A DNA stretch of 64,000 nucleotides from Raja brachyura (lineage: Eukaryota). Shown piece after piece: positions 11,041 through 24,537 of this stretch (its first letter is position 1; every line of letters starts with the position of its first letter). A program made the translations under genes and the position numbers. Below the pieces are notes generated by a model. It had not been told where the DNA came from. It saw only the letters and a list, made by a program, of their open reading frames with translations, and did not search any database. The stretch is from positions 20,646,001 to 20,710,000 of the forward strand of contig OY740783.1 of assembly GCA_963514005.1 (NCBI GenBank), in the 5' to 3' direction.

Positions 11041-11690
11041 TCCTCCTCCTCTTAAATTTGGCCTCCCAAAACACATCGCCTCCCACTCATACGGATTAAA
11101 CTCCATCTGCCATTTCACTGCCTCAATTTCCATCTGATGCGTATCCTGCTGATCCTTTGACAATCTTCATGGTTAACCGCAATTCCACCAATTCCCATAT
11201 CATGTGCAAATTTAATAATCAGAACACCGATGTTTTCATCCATACCCTTGATATGTATTACAAACAGCAGAGATCCCAGCACTGCAGAACACCACTGGTT
11301 ACGGACATCTGATCTGAAAAATGCTCTTCTCTGACCAAGCCAGCTTTTGGATATAATTTATCAATTTACTGTGGATTTTATGTACTGGGTGATTTACTAA
11401 AGCACATGTAGACAACACTGCCTTTATCTCATCAATCACTTCCTCAAGATAACTCAATTAAATTTGTCAGACAGGACCACCTTCGGTCAAAGCCATGGTG
11501 ACTATCCCGAATTGGTTCATGCTTTTCCGAATGTGAATAAATCCTGTCCCGAGAGATCTTCAGTAAATTCTCTGCCACTGATGTAAGGCTCACCAGCTAT
11601 GATTTTCTGATTCGCCCCTGTTGTTATTCTTAAGCAAAGGTGCAATATTGGCCATTGTCCAATCTTCTTGCACTTTATCCAAGGGCAAAT
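11040..11690 (-). mobile_element. Old degenerate CR1 ORF2 (RT) fragment
   Basis: Minus-strand AVKWQMEFNPYEWEAMCFGRPNLR, similar to CR1 WQMEFN..KCEVMHFG. Confidence 0.65.
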
Positions 11691-11990
11691 GGGGTGGCAC
11701 AGCGGAAAAGTTGCTACCTTACAACGGCAGAAACACAAGTTCGTTCCTAAATACTGGTGCTGCCTGTATGGAGGTTGTACAATCTCCCCGTGACCGGCGT
11801 GGGTTTTCTCCGAGATCTTTGGTTTCCTCCCACCCCCCAAAGACGTACTGGTTTGCAGGTTAATTGGCTTGGTACAATTGCAAATTGTTCCTTGTGTGTG
11901 TCGGATAATGTTAAAGTGTGGGGATTGCTGGTCGGTGTAGACATGGGGGGCCGAAGGGCCTGTTTCCATGCTGTATCTCTAAACTAAATT
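11690..11990 (+). mobile_element. HE1-like V-SINE
   Basis: ggtggcacagcgg head, V-domain, CR1-like tail ending tatctctaaactaaa. Confidence 0.85.
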
Positions 11991-12344
11991 TTATACAAAT
12001 GGGATGTGAGGGGATTGTATAGGAAGAGTGATCACAAGATCCCTGGCTGAGACGTTTAAGAAACAATTAGACAGGTACATGGATAGGACAGGTTTGGAGG
12101 AATATGGACCAAATGCAGGCAGGTGGGACTAGTGTAGCTGGGACATGTTGGCTGGTGTGGGCAAGTTGGGCTGAAGGGCCTGTTTCCACACTGTATCACT
12201 CCATGACTCTATGACTCTAAGATCATTGCTCTTAAGTTCATCCACAGGGCAACAGAAGTTATTTACAGTGCATGCTTGTCAAAATGCAGGTATTCAATGT
12301 AAAAGTATAGCATGTAGCTGAAAGACTTTGCCAAGCTTTACTCA

Positions 12345-13520
12345 AGGCTTTCGACAAGGCCCCACATAAGAGATTAGTATATAAACTTAAAGCACACGGT
12401 ATTGGGGGTTCAGTATTGATGTGGATAGAGAACTGGCTGGCAGACAGGAAGCAAAGGGTAGGTGTAAACGGGTCCTTTTCAGAATGGCAGGCAGTGAGTA
12501 CTAGGGTACCGCAAGGCTCAGTGCTGGGACCCCAGCTATTTACAATATACATTAATGATTTGGACGAGGGAATTGAATGCAACATCTCCAAATTTGCAGA
12601 TGACACCAAGCTGGGGGGTATAGTTGGGTGTGAGGAGGATGCTAGGAGGCTGCAGGGTGATTTGGATAGGCTGAGTGAATGGGCAGATGCATGTCAGATG
12701 CAGTATAATATGGATAAATGTGAGGTTATCCACTTTGGTGGCAAAAACATGAGGGTAGACTATTATCTGAATGGTGGCAGATTAGGAAAAGGGGAGATGC
12801 AACGAGACCTGGGTGTCATGGTACACCAGTCATTGAAAGTAGGCATGCAGGTGCAGCAGGCAGTGAAGAAAGCAAATGGTATATTAGCATTCATAGCGAA
12901 AGGATTTGAGTATAGGAGCAGGGAGGTTCTACTGCAGTTGTACAGGGTTTTGGTGAGACCACACCTGGAGTATTGCTTACAGTTTTGGTCTCCAAATCTG
13001 AGGAAAGACATTCTTGCCATAGAGGGGGTTAGAGAAAGTTCACCAGACTGATTCCTGGGATGTCGGGACTTTCATATGAAGAAAGACTGGATAGACTTGG
13101 CTTGTACTCACTGGAATTTAGACGATTGAGGGGGGATCTTATAGAAACGTACAAAATTCTTAAGGGGTTGGACAAACTAGATGCAGGAAGATTGTTCCCG
13201 ATGTTGGGGCATCCAGAACAAGGGGTCACAGTCTAAGGGTAAGGGGGAATTCCTTTAGGACCAAGATGAGGAAAACATTCTTTACACAGAGAGTGGTGAG
13301 TCTCTGGAAATCTCTGCCACAGAAGGTCGTTGAGGCCAGTTCATTGGCTATATTCAAGAGGGAGTTGGATGTGGCTCTTGTGGCTAAAGGGATCAGGGGG
13401 TATGGAGAGAAGGATACTGAGTTGGATGATCAGCCATGATCATATTGAATGGCGGTGCAGGCTCGAAGGGCCGAATGGCCTACTCCTGCACCTATTTTTC
13501 TATGTTTCCATGTTTTTCTA
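12345..13520 (+). mobile_element. CR1-type LINE, 5'-truncated RT and 3' UTR
   Basis: 211-aa ORF with [19 protein letters not shown] and [14 protein letters not shown] motifs; frameshifted downstream; (ctatgttt) tail. Confidence 0.92.
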
Positions 13521-14974
13521 TGATATAAAATGCCGAGGATACCGAGTTTGAGATTGCAGACGTCAAGAAATATTCCAGCCTTTTATCCGTTGGTGCAGCG
13601 ATTGAGGAAGGTAACAGAAGATGATGGAGTGTCTGATGTGTATGATTCAGAGAGGATAGAATGAGATACAGCATATGGCTGAACCTGCTCTCAGACCATA
13701 TGTCCATGTCACAGGAACTGGAACTCAACATAACATGATCTTTGAAGGTGACAGATACTTATTCCTGAGTTGCAAAGGAACAATATAGTTAACAAGTTCA
13801 CATCTTTCAGAGTCATAGTCGTAGAGTCATACAGAATGTAAATGGGTCCTTTGGCCCAACATGCCCACACCGACCAACATGTCCACTCTACACTAGTCCC
13901 ACCTGCCTCTGTTTGGCCTATGTCCCTCTGAACCTATCCAATGCATGTTACTGTCCAAATGTTCCTTAAACATTGCGATAGTACCTGCCTGAACTATCTC
14001 CTCCAGCAGTTCGTTCCATACACCCGCTGCCCTTTGTGTGAAAAAATTCCCCTCAGGTTGCTATTAAATCTTTCTGCCCTCACCTTAAACCCCTGTCCTC
14101 TGCTTCCTGATTCCCCTACTCTGGGCAAGAAATGTTGAAAACATCTGAGATGGCCAAAGGAAGTCCGATATACGAACACAACAGGAGTCGTGACCAGGAG
14201 TTGGACATGTGATGACAATGAAGCCCATGTCAAACCAACTTCCCAAATAGTTGAAGGCTCTAGTGACTTGACATACGGCACAACCCAGATCTTAACAGGT
14301 AATGGACTAGGATGGAGTCCCAAAATGGAGGGAGAGGAGCCATGTGCAGAAGACTACCTTGAAGGCTTCCTTGAAGGTAATGGATATGAAGATGTATGTG
14401 GGTACACCACTAACTGTTCAGAGCAACAACGCAATGGGCTCCATAGAATTGTAAATAAATAGGACAAATCTGGATGGACCATTTGCCACTCCAAGTGTAT
14501 GAAAGCCATTGTATTAAAATAAAGCACAATGAGTTGGCCAGTTATTGTAAATGTAGAAACAAGGAACAGCAGATGCTGGTTTACAAAAAAGGACATAAAG
14601 TTGCGAGAGTAACACATGTATAGGTGACGTTCCGTACCATGACATCTGTTCATGTTCTCCAGGCATGCTGTCTGACCCGCTGAGTTATTCCAGCATTTTG
14701 TGTCTTTTTTATTTATTGCAAATATTTATTTCCTTTGAATAATGAATAAGCGAGGAAACATATCATCAAATTATACTGATTGGGAACGATCATAATTGTT
14801 TTAAGACTTCACTAGTTTAAGTATTTTATCATGTGAACGACTGTTGTCCGTTGTTACAACGTTGTCTATTGTCAGAAGTTCCAGAGGTGTTCACTGAGGA
14901 AAATGACACTCTTTTGTGTCTAGCTTTGTTGGTTCGAACTACTGACAATTTTTCAGTGTAAAGGTAGACTGAGA

Positions 14975-15290
14975 TTCCAAGTTCAAGTTCCAGTGAGTTT
15001 ATTGTCATGTGTCCCTGATAGGACAATGACATTCTTGCTTTGCTTCAGCACAACAGAACATAGTAGGCATTGACTACAAAGCAGATCAATGTGTCCATAT
15101 GTCATTATATAAATATATACACACACGAATAAATAATCTGATAAAGTACAAATAACAGATAATGGGTTATTAATGTTCATAGTTTTGTCCGAGCCAAGTT
15201 TATGAGCCTGATGGCTGTGGGGAAGTAGCTATTCCTGAACCTGGTCGTTGCAGTCTTCAGGCTCCTGTACCTTCTACCTGAAGGTAGCAG
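14975..15290 (-). mobile_element. Rex1/Babar-like LINE 3' end
   Basis: Minus strand LLPSGRRYRSLKTATTRFRNSYFPTAIRL, then 3' UTR ending tgacaataaac and (gaactt)n. Confidence 0.75.
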
Positions 15291-15894
15291 GTATTCCTCC
15301 AGCAATAATGTGCAACAAGCTGCGGCAGGTGGCAAAGATCGGTAGTCACAGCTCGGAGTGATTCTGAGATTAGGAATCTAAAAGTAACTTGACATAATGT
15401 GTCTGCGCATAAACAGTTAAGATTCACACTTGAGTTGTACTTGAGGCATCAGAAGGACATACTGGAGATCTCACTGAGAATACAGTTAGATTGTCCACAC
15501 TCTGAAGAGCATGGTTTCAGGGGAAACAGGCAGAGCAAAAGCTGGTTGTTTCATGAGCAAATTGAATTGTCATTTTTTTGGCCATCTATGTTGAAGATCT
15601 CTGCAGATGAATTTTGCAGATGGAGTTTAATCCAAGCATATGTGAGGTGCTGCGGGGGAAATATATAATTTAAGTCAAGTCAAGTCAAGTTTATTCGTCA
15701 CATACACATACGAGATGTGCAGTGAAATGAAAAGTGGCAATGCTCGCGGACTGTGCAAACAAACAAACAAACAAACTACAAACAGAATGGAACAGAATCA
15801 CGTATTCACATATTACATATTTGTGGGAGGGAAGAGATAGGAAAAAAACAGCAATTTTATAAAGACACCACACAACAGTAAAATGGTACAGTAA

Positions 15895-16600
15895 ACAGTG
15901 TTGATGTACAGGGAGATCTTGGGGTCAAAATCAATAAGTCCTTGAAAGTGATAGAGTGGTAAAGAAGGCGTACGGTATGTTTGCCTTCATTGGTCAGGGC
16001 ATTGAGTACAAGAGTCATGATGCAGCTTTATAGGACTTTGGTTCAGCCACATTTGGAGTATTGCATGCAAAAAAATTAATACTCAATGCATAGTAATGGT
16101 CATCCCATTACAGGAAGGATATGGAAGTTTCAGAAAGGGTGCAGAAGAGGTTTTCCAGAATGATGCGTGGATCAGGGGGTTTCAGCTGCAGAGGGAGGTT
16201 GGGCAGACTTGGATTGTTTTCCCTGGAACGCCACAAGTTGAGGGGAGACCTGATAGAAGCACATAAAACAATGATGGATTTAAAGAGGGTGGACAGTCAG
16301 AATCCTTCCCCCAGGATGGAAATATCAAATACTAGAGGGCATAGCTTTATGTGAGAGGGGTAAAGTTTAAAGGAGATGTGTGGGCCAAGTTTTTTACACA
16401 GAGCATGGTGAGTGCCAGGCGTGGTGATAGAGGCAGAACCAACGGTGGCATTTAAAGGACTTTTGGATAGGCACATGGATATGCAGGGAATGGAGGGATA
16501 TGGATCATGTGCTGGCAAATGAGATTAGTTTATCTTGGCTTATGTTTGGCAGACACTGTGGGCCGACGGGCCTGTTCTTGTGCTGTACCATTCTACGTTC
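15895..16600 (+). mobile_element. CR1-type LINE 3' fragment
   Basis: ERVQKRFSRMMRG...LGLFSLERHKLRGDLIEAHK. Confidence 0.85.
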
Positions 16601-16689
16601 TAATGAGTGTGGGGATTCCAGGGTTATTGTGGGATGTGGGGAAGTGGCGATTCTTCATTTTAATTTGCTTTTTGCTGTGCACCAAATTA

Positions 16690-17312
16690 CATTGAAACTT
16701 TATAATTTTTAGTGCGTTTTTAAGTTTGTGTAAGTGCTCTCTGGTTTGTTTCATGTGGGGGAGGGGGGGGGGGGGAAGAGTCGGGGGAAACTTTTTCAGT
16801 TTCTTACCTTGCTCGAGACGCAATGTTTCTGGGTCGCATGTCCGGTCGCTTTGCGGCCTACCATCGATGGATCTGGAGGCCTCCTCGGACTTAATATCGG
16901 AGCCGATCCCTTGCCTGGGATCGCTCCAACCGTGGCCTGTGGATATACCATCAAGAGCTCGCAGTCAGGAGAGGCTAGTTGGGAGTTCCGACGAACGCAG
17001 AGGCTCGACCAGCCCCGACACGGGGTTCGACTGCCCGGCGCGGGGGAGCTGACATCCACCCGAAGCAGGAGCTGGTCAACGGAGGGCTCAAGGCCCCCGA
17101 CACGGGAGAGCTAAGGGAAGAGATTGAACTTTTTTTCGCCTTCCACCACAGTGTGGAATGTGGAGGAGTCACTGTGGTGGATGTTTATGTTAAAATGTGT
17201 TTTGTATGTTCTGTTGCTTTTTATTTGTATGACTTGGCAAATGAAATTCCTCGTATATTGCAAAACATACTTGGCTAATAAAGTATTATTGTGATTGTGT
17301 TTGATTGCGATT
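16690..17312 (+). mobile_element. GC-rich non-autonomous retroposon (related family)
   Basis: T-rich segment, poly-G, CpG-rich body, tail ggctaataaagta(ttgtga)n; similar to 29260-29695. Confidence 0.65.
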
Positions 17313-17777
17313 ACATCTGATCAGGTGATCACAGAGAACAGTTAAGAAACTGTGAGGGTGTTTTTCAGCCAAAGGTATTTTCCTTGCTCAGTTCCCAAAC
17401 GGTGGCTGCTTATAGAGATTGCAGCCGCACATCGATGTCGCTGGGAAGATCCGAAAGTCAGAGATTTAAATCTTCGCAGTGTGGCGGCATCAGAAAAGAC
17501 TGTCACAATGTGACGGTGTCTGCAGGGGATGGAGGGGGACATATGTCCGGCCTGCAGTCCCTCTATTCTCCCACCGAATGAACATCAATTCAGACCGATT
17601 CCTGTGTCACAAATAGCCCCAAGCCATTGTGAGGCTTCCTGGGAAGTAGCTCAGCACATATTTCTGCTCTGAAATCTGTAGTAATGTTACAAATTGTAAT
17701 GGGACGCCAAACACACTTTGAGTTTGGTTTATAGTCACGTGTGCAGTGAAAAACTCTTGTTGCGTGCGAACCAGCGT

Positions 17778-18298
17778 CGGCACGGTGGCGCAGCGGTAGA
17801 GTTGCTGCCTTACAGCACCTGAGACCGGGGTTCGATCCTAGCTATGGGTGCTTTCGATATGGAGCTTTTTCTTTCTCCCCTGGACCTGCATGGGTTTTCT
17901 TTCCGAGAACTTTGGTTTCCTCTCACACTCTAAAAAGACGTACAGGTTTGTAGGTTCATTGGCTTGATAAGGAAGTAAAAATTGTCGCTAGTGTAGTATA
18001 ATGTTTGTAAATAAGCAATTCACATAGTCTTGGAGTGTGAAACATCCATTAATGATAGCACAGGGTATAGCACACGTCAGCAAGCACTGGTTACATTCTT
18101 CTACTGAACTGTGCCCTGGGAGGGGAAGCGTTATGATTGATGTTAACTAAGGCGGGGTTAATGGTACTGAGGTAGCTATATTATTGGTTGCATGCATAAA
18201 CCATCTACAGTGTTAATGTGCGGGAATCACAGGTTGGTGAGGACTTGATGGGCTGAAGGGCCTGTTTCCATGCTGTATCTCTAAACTAAACTAAAACA
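17778..18298 (+). mobile_element. HE1-like V-SINE interrupted by a solo LTR
   Basis: cggcacggtggcgcagcggtagag head, ggggttcgatcc B-box; tail resumes at 18210. Confidence 0.85.
18006..18209 (-). mobile_element. Solo LTR (Gypsy-like), 204 bp
   Basis: TGTAAAT...ATCTACA termini; 5-bp TSD atgtt/gtgtt. Read on the minus strand, its termini resemble the LTR at 8735-8920. Confidence 0.75.
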
Positions 18299-18393
18299 AA
18301 CCAGTCAGTGGAAAGACAATACATGATTACAATCGAGCCTTCTACAGTGTACAGATACATGATAAGGAGATTCAGTTGTCTGAAGTAGGCTAA

Positions 18394-18717
18394 TGGACCT
18401 GTCCCACTTACGCAACTTTTTCGGCGACTGCCGGCACCTGTCTAGGTCATTGCAGGTCGCCGAAAATTTTCAACATGTTGAAAAGCCAGCGGCGACCAGA
18501 ACAAGGTACGTCTCTTTGGGCAACTATTCACGACCATGCAACATGTCGCCAGGGTGTCTCCTGTATGGTCGTGAGTAGTCTCCTCAGTCGCCCAAAGAGT
18601 CGTAGTGTCTTTCTGGTTGCCGCTGGATTCTCAACATGTTGAAAATTTTCGGCGACCTGCAACGACCTGTGACGGGTGCCGGCAGTCGCTGAAAAAGTCG
18701 CTTAAGTGGGAGGCCGA
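18394..18717. mobile_element. Fold-back MITE, PIF/Harbinger-like
   Basis: The whole element is an imperfect inverted repeat (ggacctgtcccactta...taagtgggaggcc) with TAA on both sides. Confidence 0.75.
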
Positions 18718-18944
18718 TAAGCGACAAAAATTGAAGTAGTGGAGACTCTTAAATTCACATCTCTTAAATTGCAATTCTGCTAGTGTTGGCCCCTTTTTTT
18801 CAGTGAGCTACAACCACAAGTCACAGACTATTTTTGTTGTTAAATGTAGAAATGTCTGCTCTGCGCCAGATAATATAATTCATTAAAAGTCTGATATTAG
18901 GCCAACCACAAGATGAATCAGGTCCAATTGCCTGTCCATTAATC

Positions 18945-19265
18945 ACACAGTGGTGCAGCTGGTAGAGCTGTTTGCCTCACAGCGTCAGGGACCAGAGTTC
19001 GATCCTGACCTCGGGTGTTGCCTTTACGGAGTTTGTGCGTTCTCCCTGTGACGGCTTGGGCTTCCTCTGGATGCTCCCGTTTCCTCACACATCCCAAATA
19101 CGTGTGGGTTTGTAAGTTGATTGGCCACTGTGAATTGCCCCTATGTGCAAGGAATGGTTGTGAAATGGGATAACATCGAACTAGTGTGAACGGGTGATCA
19201 ATGGTCAGCGTGGACTCGGTGGACTGAAGGGCAGCTTTCTGTGCTGCATTTCTCAACTAAACGAA
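18945..19265 (+). mobile_element. HE1-like V-SINE
   Basis: acagtggtgcagctggtagag head, gagttcgatcc, V-domain, CR1-like tail. Confidence 0.85.
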
Positions 19266-19779
19266 TCAATCTGCAAATATACACGAGCGTGATCTAATAT
19301 GCAAAATTAGTTTGATGCATGTTGAACAAACGGGTCCAACTTCTGAACCATACTGGCCAAAGAAATGTGGACCTTTCAAATGATTAGAGTTAATATTATA
19401 CTTTTTGCACAGTAAACCAATTCACAGCATTCCTTTTGCCAGTATTTATGACATCTAGATTCCTGTATAAATGTTGTGTTATTAATTAGGCACTGACAAT
19501 CCATTTTCTTTTCGACAAAAAAACTGAAGTTTCATTGATAGTTTGAAGTTCCATTTGTTGTTTGAAAATGGGTTCATTAAATTGTCTCTCTTTGAGACAT
19601 TTCAGCTCGACTATAAAGCTTTAGCGTGTAAGAGTTTTGCTGTTGAAACGGAGGCAGGAGATATTGTGCAGATCACGCTGTTTCCATGGGCACCAAATTA
19701 CTTCGTTCCTGCAGTCACCATTGAAAGAGTGTGAAACAGCAGCGGTGATTAATTTTAATGGTTTTGTTTCCTTTTCCAG

Positions 19780-19973
19780 CTGACTTGTTTGACATATTGT
19801 TACCGATGCTGAATATTTACCAGGAGTTTGTCAGGAACCACCAATACAGTCTGCAGGTGTTGGCAAACTGTAAGCAAAACAGGGATTTTGACAAGCTGTT
19901 GAAACAGTATGAATCAAACCCAGCATGTGAGGGGAGAATGTTGGAGACCTTCCTTACATATCCCATGTTTCAG
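19780..19973 (+). CDS. RASGRF2: RASGRF2 coding exon (probably exon 7), DH domain
   Basis: ttccag|CT acceptor, CAG|gtaaaa donor, 194 nt. (A)[64 protein letters not shown]. Confidence 0.97.
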
Positions 19974-19984
19974 GTAAAAGTTGA

Positions 19985-20155
19985 TTCAGTTTATTTATTC
20001 GTGTGTGTATTTACGTATATAATGGTATATGGACACACTGATCTGTTTTGTAGTCAATGCCTACTATGTTCTGTTGTGCTGAAGCAAAGCAAGAATTTAA
20101 TTGTCCTATCAGGGACACATGACAATAAACCCTCTTGACTCTTGACTTGTCTTGA
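19985..20155 (+). mobile_element. Rex1-like 3' UTR fragment immediately after the exon donor
   Basis: Near reverse complement of 14990-15142; ends gacaataaac and (cttgact)n. Confidence 0.75.
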
Positions 20156-20239
20156 GTCCTATGATGAACATTCAGTGTAATGTACCCGTTTATCAGGCAT
20201 GGTTATGTTGGATGCCAGGTGTAGACCTGCAGATATTAG

Positions 20240-20770
20240 TTCATAAGTGATAGGAGAAGAATTAGGCCATTTGGCCCAAGTCTACTCCGCCATTCAATCA
20301 TAGCTGATCTATCTTTCCCCCTCAACCACATTCTCCTGTCTTTTCCCCATAACCGCTGACACTCATGCTAATCAAGAATCTATCCATCTCTGCCTTAAAA
20401 ATATCCACTGACTTGGCCGCCACAACCTTCTGTGGCAATGAGTGCCACAGATTCACAACCCTCTGATTAAAGAAATTCCTCCTCATCTCCTTCCTAAAGG
20501 AACGTCCTTTAATTCTGAGGCTGTGACATCTGGTCTTAAGACTCTCCTCCACTTGTGAAAAAATCTTCTCCGCCTCCACTTTATCCAGGGCTTTCACTAT
20601 TCTCTAAGTTTCAATGATGTGTCCCCACATCCTTCTTAACTCCAGCGAGTCATATGTTAATCTGCTCATTCCTAGGATCATTCTCGTAAACCTCCTCTGG
20701 ACCTTCTCCAGCACCAGCCCTTCCTTCCTCAGATATGGGGCCCAAAATTGCTCACAATACTCCAAATGCA
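20240..20770 (-). mobile_element. CR1-type LINE 3' fragment
   Basis: Minus ORF KTRCHSLRIKGRSFRKEMRRNFFNQRVVNLWHSLPQK. Confidence 0.85.
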
Positions 20771-21057
20771 TTCAGATTGAAGAAGGGTCTCGACCCGAAA
20801 CTTCGTCCATTCCTTCTCTCCATAGATGCTGCCTCACGCGCTGAGTTACTCCAGATTTGTGTGTCACCTTCGATTTTATCCAGCATCTGCAGTTCTTTCT
20901 GACACATATAATAATTTGCTGTTGTGTTCCAGAATGATTGACATGGTCATTAACACTTATTATAACTTTAAAAGTATGCTCAAAGTTGGAATGACGTGAC
21001 ATAACTAACTTTGGTGAGGAACCTTCCAACCACAATCCATGTTTGGGAACTTTCCAC

Positions 21058-21400
21058 CACACTGTGGTGCAGCTGGTAGAGTTGCTGCCTCACAATGCCG
21101 GAGACCCGGGTTGGACCTTGACCCTGGGTGCTGACTGTGTGGAATTTGCATGTTTACTCACCTGGAGAAAACCCGTGACGGTGTGCATGGGTTTTCTCCA
21201 GGTGCCCCGGTTTCCTCCCGCATCCCAAAGACATGCGGGTTTGTAGGTTAATTGGCCTCTGTAAGTTATCTCCCTCGTTATAGAATGGATGAGAAAGGGG
21301 ACTGACTTGGAGCTGGTGTGAGTCGGTGTCTGATGGTCGGTATGGACCCGGTGGGCCGAAGGGCCTGTTTCCGTGCTGTATCTCGAAACTAAACTAAACT
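21058..21400 (+). mobile_element. HE1-like V-SINE
   Basis: tRNA-like head, V-domain, (aaact)n tail. Confidence 0.85.
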
Positions 21401-22042
21401 ACTCAAAGCATAAGGGATCCGTGAGACTAGGAGCCAGTTTCACTGAGCTAAAGTCAGAGCTGAACATCCCTTAACTTCTCACTTCCTCTCTTTAAGCATG
21501 CATCCCAAGTGGCTGCACATTGCAGTTAATTTCAGAAAGCAGAATTAGTCATGCTGAAATTCTAACCGTTCCCTTCATCTGATAGAGCTGTCTAAAAACA
21601 AGATTTCATGTTTTTAATTTCACCCCCACTATTTACTGCTCTGCCAAATGTTCTTTCTTCTCCCTGAAGAAGGTTGATATGTGAGGTGTGAGCATTGCTA
21701 GGTATCTTTGAAGATAAAAAATAGATGTGAAAATTATAGACAAGAGCCATTCAAATTGGTTGAAGCAGCTTTAAGTACCCACTTTCAGGAAGCAATGTGA
21801 TATTAGATGAAGAACTCAGAGAGATCAATATTTTTATTGCCTCATGGATTTATGTTACTTGGGCTGCAAATTGTATTGCATGCAATAAAGATACAATTGC
21901 CTGGGATTTGTCATAGACCGCTTTGCCCAAATAACTCTCAGGTACTCGATCCACAATGCCCATCCACAGCAAAATCTCAAGTATGTGGTTTTAAGAATGA
22001 TGTATTTTCTCTATTACCAACTTTATGCCTTTCGAATTCCAG

Positions 22043-22152
22043 ATCCCACGATATATAATAACATTACACGAGCTTCTTGCACACACACCACACGAGCACG
22101 TGGAAAGGAAAAGCCTGGAATTTGCAAAATCTAAACTGGAAAACCTTTCAAG
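22043..22152 (+). CDS. RASGRF2: RASGRF2 coding exon (probably exon 8), end of DH domain
   Basis: ttccag|ATC acceptor, AG|gtaagc donor, 110 nt. [36 protein letters not shown](R). Not in the ORF track; translated by hand. Confidence 0.96.
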
Positions 22153-24537
22153 GTAAGCCGGTAATTGTGTTGTGTACAAAATTGCACTTGTTAGATGCAC
22201 AACTTCTCTGTCTGTTGACAAGGTCCTTTTGCTAAAGGAGCCAAATTTCTTTGATATGTTGGTTTTGGGGGGTCGGGATTGGAGCCAAGCTTCTTTGATT
22301 TGTGAGTTTTGTGGGCAGGATTGGTGCCCCAATAGCACCCATGCTCACACTGAGGCCTGCTGCGGGCGTGCATCGTACATCTTTCCAATCTCGAGCCGCT
22401 CGGGATACCCCGACCCGTTTCACCTCTGAACATCAGCAGCAAGGGAGGTTGGGAGATAATGTTGTAGACGAGGGCAACACTCTTGGAGAGATTCCCATTG
22501 AAAAGCCAAACGCGGTGGCTTTCTATGTTATAGTTGTAGAGTCATACAGGTCAGAATTTTCCCCCAACTTGTATGTTCCAATTAAGATGCCCCATGCAAT
22601 GTTATGTTATTTTAATTTTTTTCTTTGATGCCTTTTTTAAAAAAAAAATTTGTTTTTGTTTTTGTTTGTTTCCTTCTATTTTTTGTCTTGTTTTGTTTAA
22701 ATAAAATTAAAAATAAATTTAAAAAAAAAGATGCCCCATGCAAGTTGTCCACTTTCCACTGCCATATTCTCCATTTGACCGCTCCTGACCCATATCCCGC
22801 CAAGCCATTCCAATCCATGTACCTGTCAAAATGTCTTTTAAATGTTGTTCAGTTACAGTATCTGCGGTAACTGCTTGATTGGGCTGCTTGGTTCATATAC
22901 CCACCACTCACAGTGTGAAAAATCTGCCCCTCAAGTTCCTAATAAGTTGAAGAGGCTTTTAGATAGGTGCCTGGAAGTCCTGGGAATGGAGGGATATGGA
23001 TAATGTACAGGCAGATGAGATCAGTTCAACAGCGTCATGTTTGGCACTAACATCGTGAGCCAAAGAGTCCTTTCCTGTGCTGCACTTTTCTATGTTTTAT
23101 GTTTTTAATCCTTCCCCTTTCATCTTAATATCTCTTCCTTTCCACCTTCTGTATCTATCCTTCTGTATCTAATCATTCTGGGTTTAGAGGGATGTGAGCT
23201 AAACGTAGGCAGATGGGACTAGTGTAGATGGGACATGTTGGTCAGTGTGGGCAAGTTGGGCTGAAGGGCCTGTTTCCACGCTGTATCACTCTGTAACTCT
23301 GTGTTTCTGTGTCTCTGTGTCTCCTTGTCTCTGTGACTCTGTGACTGTGACTCTTGACTGTATGACCTCCTCCATGTACCACTAGTTTGAGGGGCTGTGC
23401 CCTCACACTGGCAAAATTGTGCAGCATGCAACATTTATCCACAAACCTCAACATCTGCTTTTGTGAACCGCTGCTGAGCTTCTGATGCAGTGATCCAGAT
23501 GCCAGAGTCGGAGTTCCAGCGTGGATATCATCTGTTCAATTACAAATCCTGACAAGTCGGATGGTTCCATTTTTCTTTGCACATTGCCCAAGCCTATGTT
23601 GGTTGTGCACCAGAGATTTCAGCTACAGAATCAGATGCTGTCCCTTGTCACCCTGTAGCCATTTGTAGCGACTCCAATTGCAACTTTCATTGCAACTGGC
23701 AGACCTGACTGCCACACAATGAAGTGATTAGTGCGGGTGTCAGGGGGTTATGGAGAGAAGGCAGAAGAATGGGGTTGAGAGGGAAAGATAGATCAGACAT
23801 GATTGAATGGCAGAATAGACTAGATAGGGCGAATGGCCTACTTCTGCTCCTATCACTTATGACCTTATGACAGTGATTTCAGCCAGACTTCCAGCAACTG
23901 AGCTGCAGGACCCATTGCTGATCCCATGTCAACAGATGCCACTGAAGATCCCTTTTTGGTCTGGCACTGGACAGAGTTGATATGCAGCACCCACAAAATG
24001 TGAGCAGGAAGATCTGCAATCCTTTTAAAGCCAGTTGTTTGCTCTACCCACTGGACTCTTGGAGCAAGCTGCCAGAGGAGGTAATTGAGGCAGGGACCAT
24101 CCCAACATATAAGAGACAGCTGGACAGGTAGTTGAATGGACAGGTTTGGAGGGATATGGACCAAACACGGGCAGGTGGGACTAGTGTAGCTGGGACATTG
24201 TTGGCCGTTGTGGGCAAGTTGGGCCGAGGGGCCTGTTTCCACACTGTATCACTCTATGACTCTATAACTGTAAGAGGAAATTGAATGGGCCTGCTTTCTT
24301 TGTGTGGATCTTCAGTGACCTAAAAGACTAATAGGGGACAACATCTGGAGCATTAACTCCAAGGCCGTAGCACTGGCGTCAAATCAGCTTTGCAATTATA
24401 TTCTACTTTCTCTTCAGCTTTTCATTGAACATTTACCGATGGCCTCACCAATATATATCTAGGTTAGTGCAATGATAAAGTGTGGAAACAAGACCTATCA
24501 GCTTCCTTCTGCACTCCTTCCTTCTTCATACGCTTAA

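Noticed and set aside
12416-13051. Functional reverse transcriptase gene
   Set aside because: 5'-truncated CR1 copy lacking the endonuclease and frameshifted at its 3' end.
17778-17850. tRNA genes at SINE heads
   Set aside because: A/B boxes continue into the V-domain and LINE tail; no complete cloverleaf.
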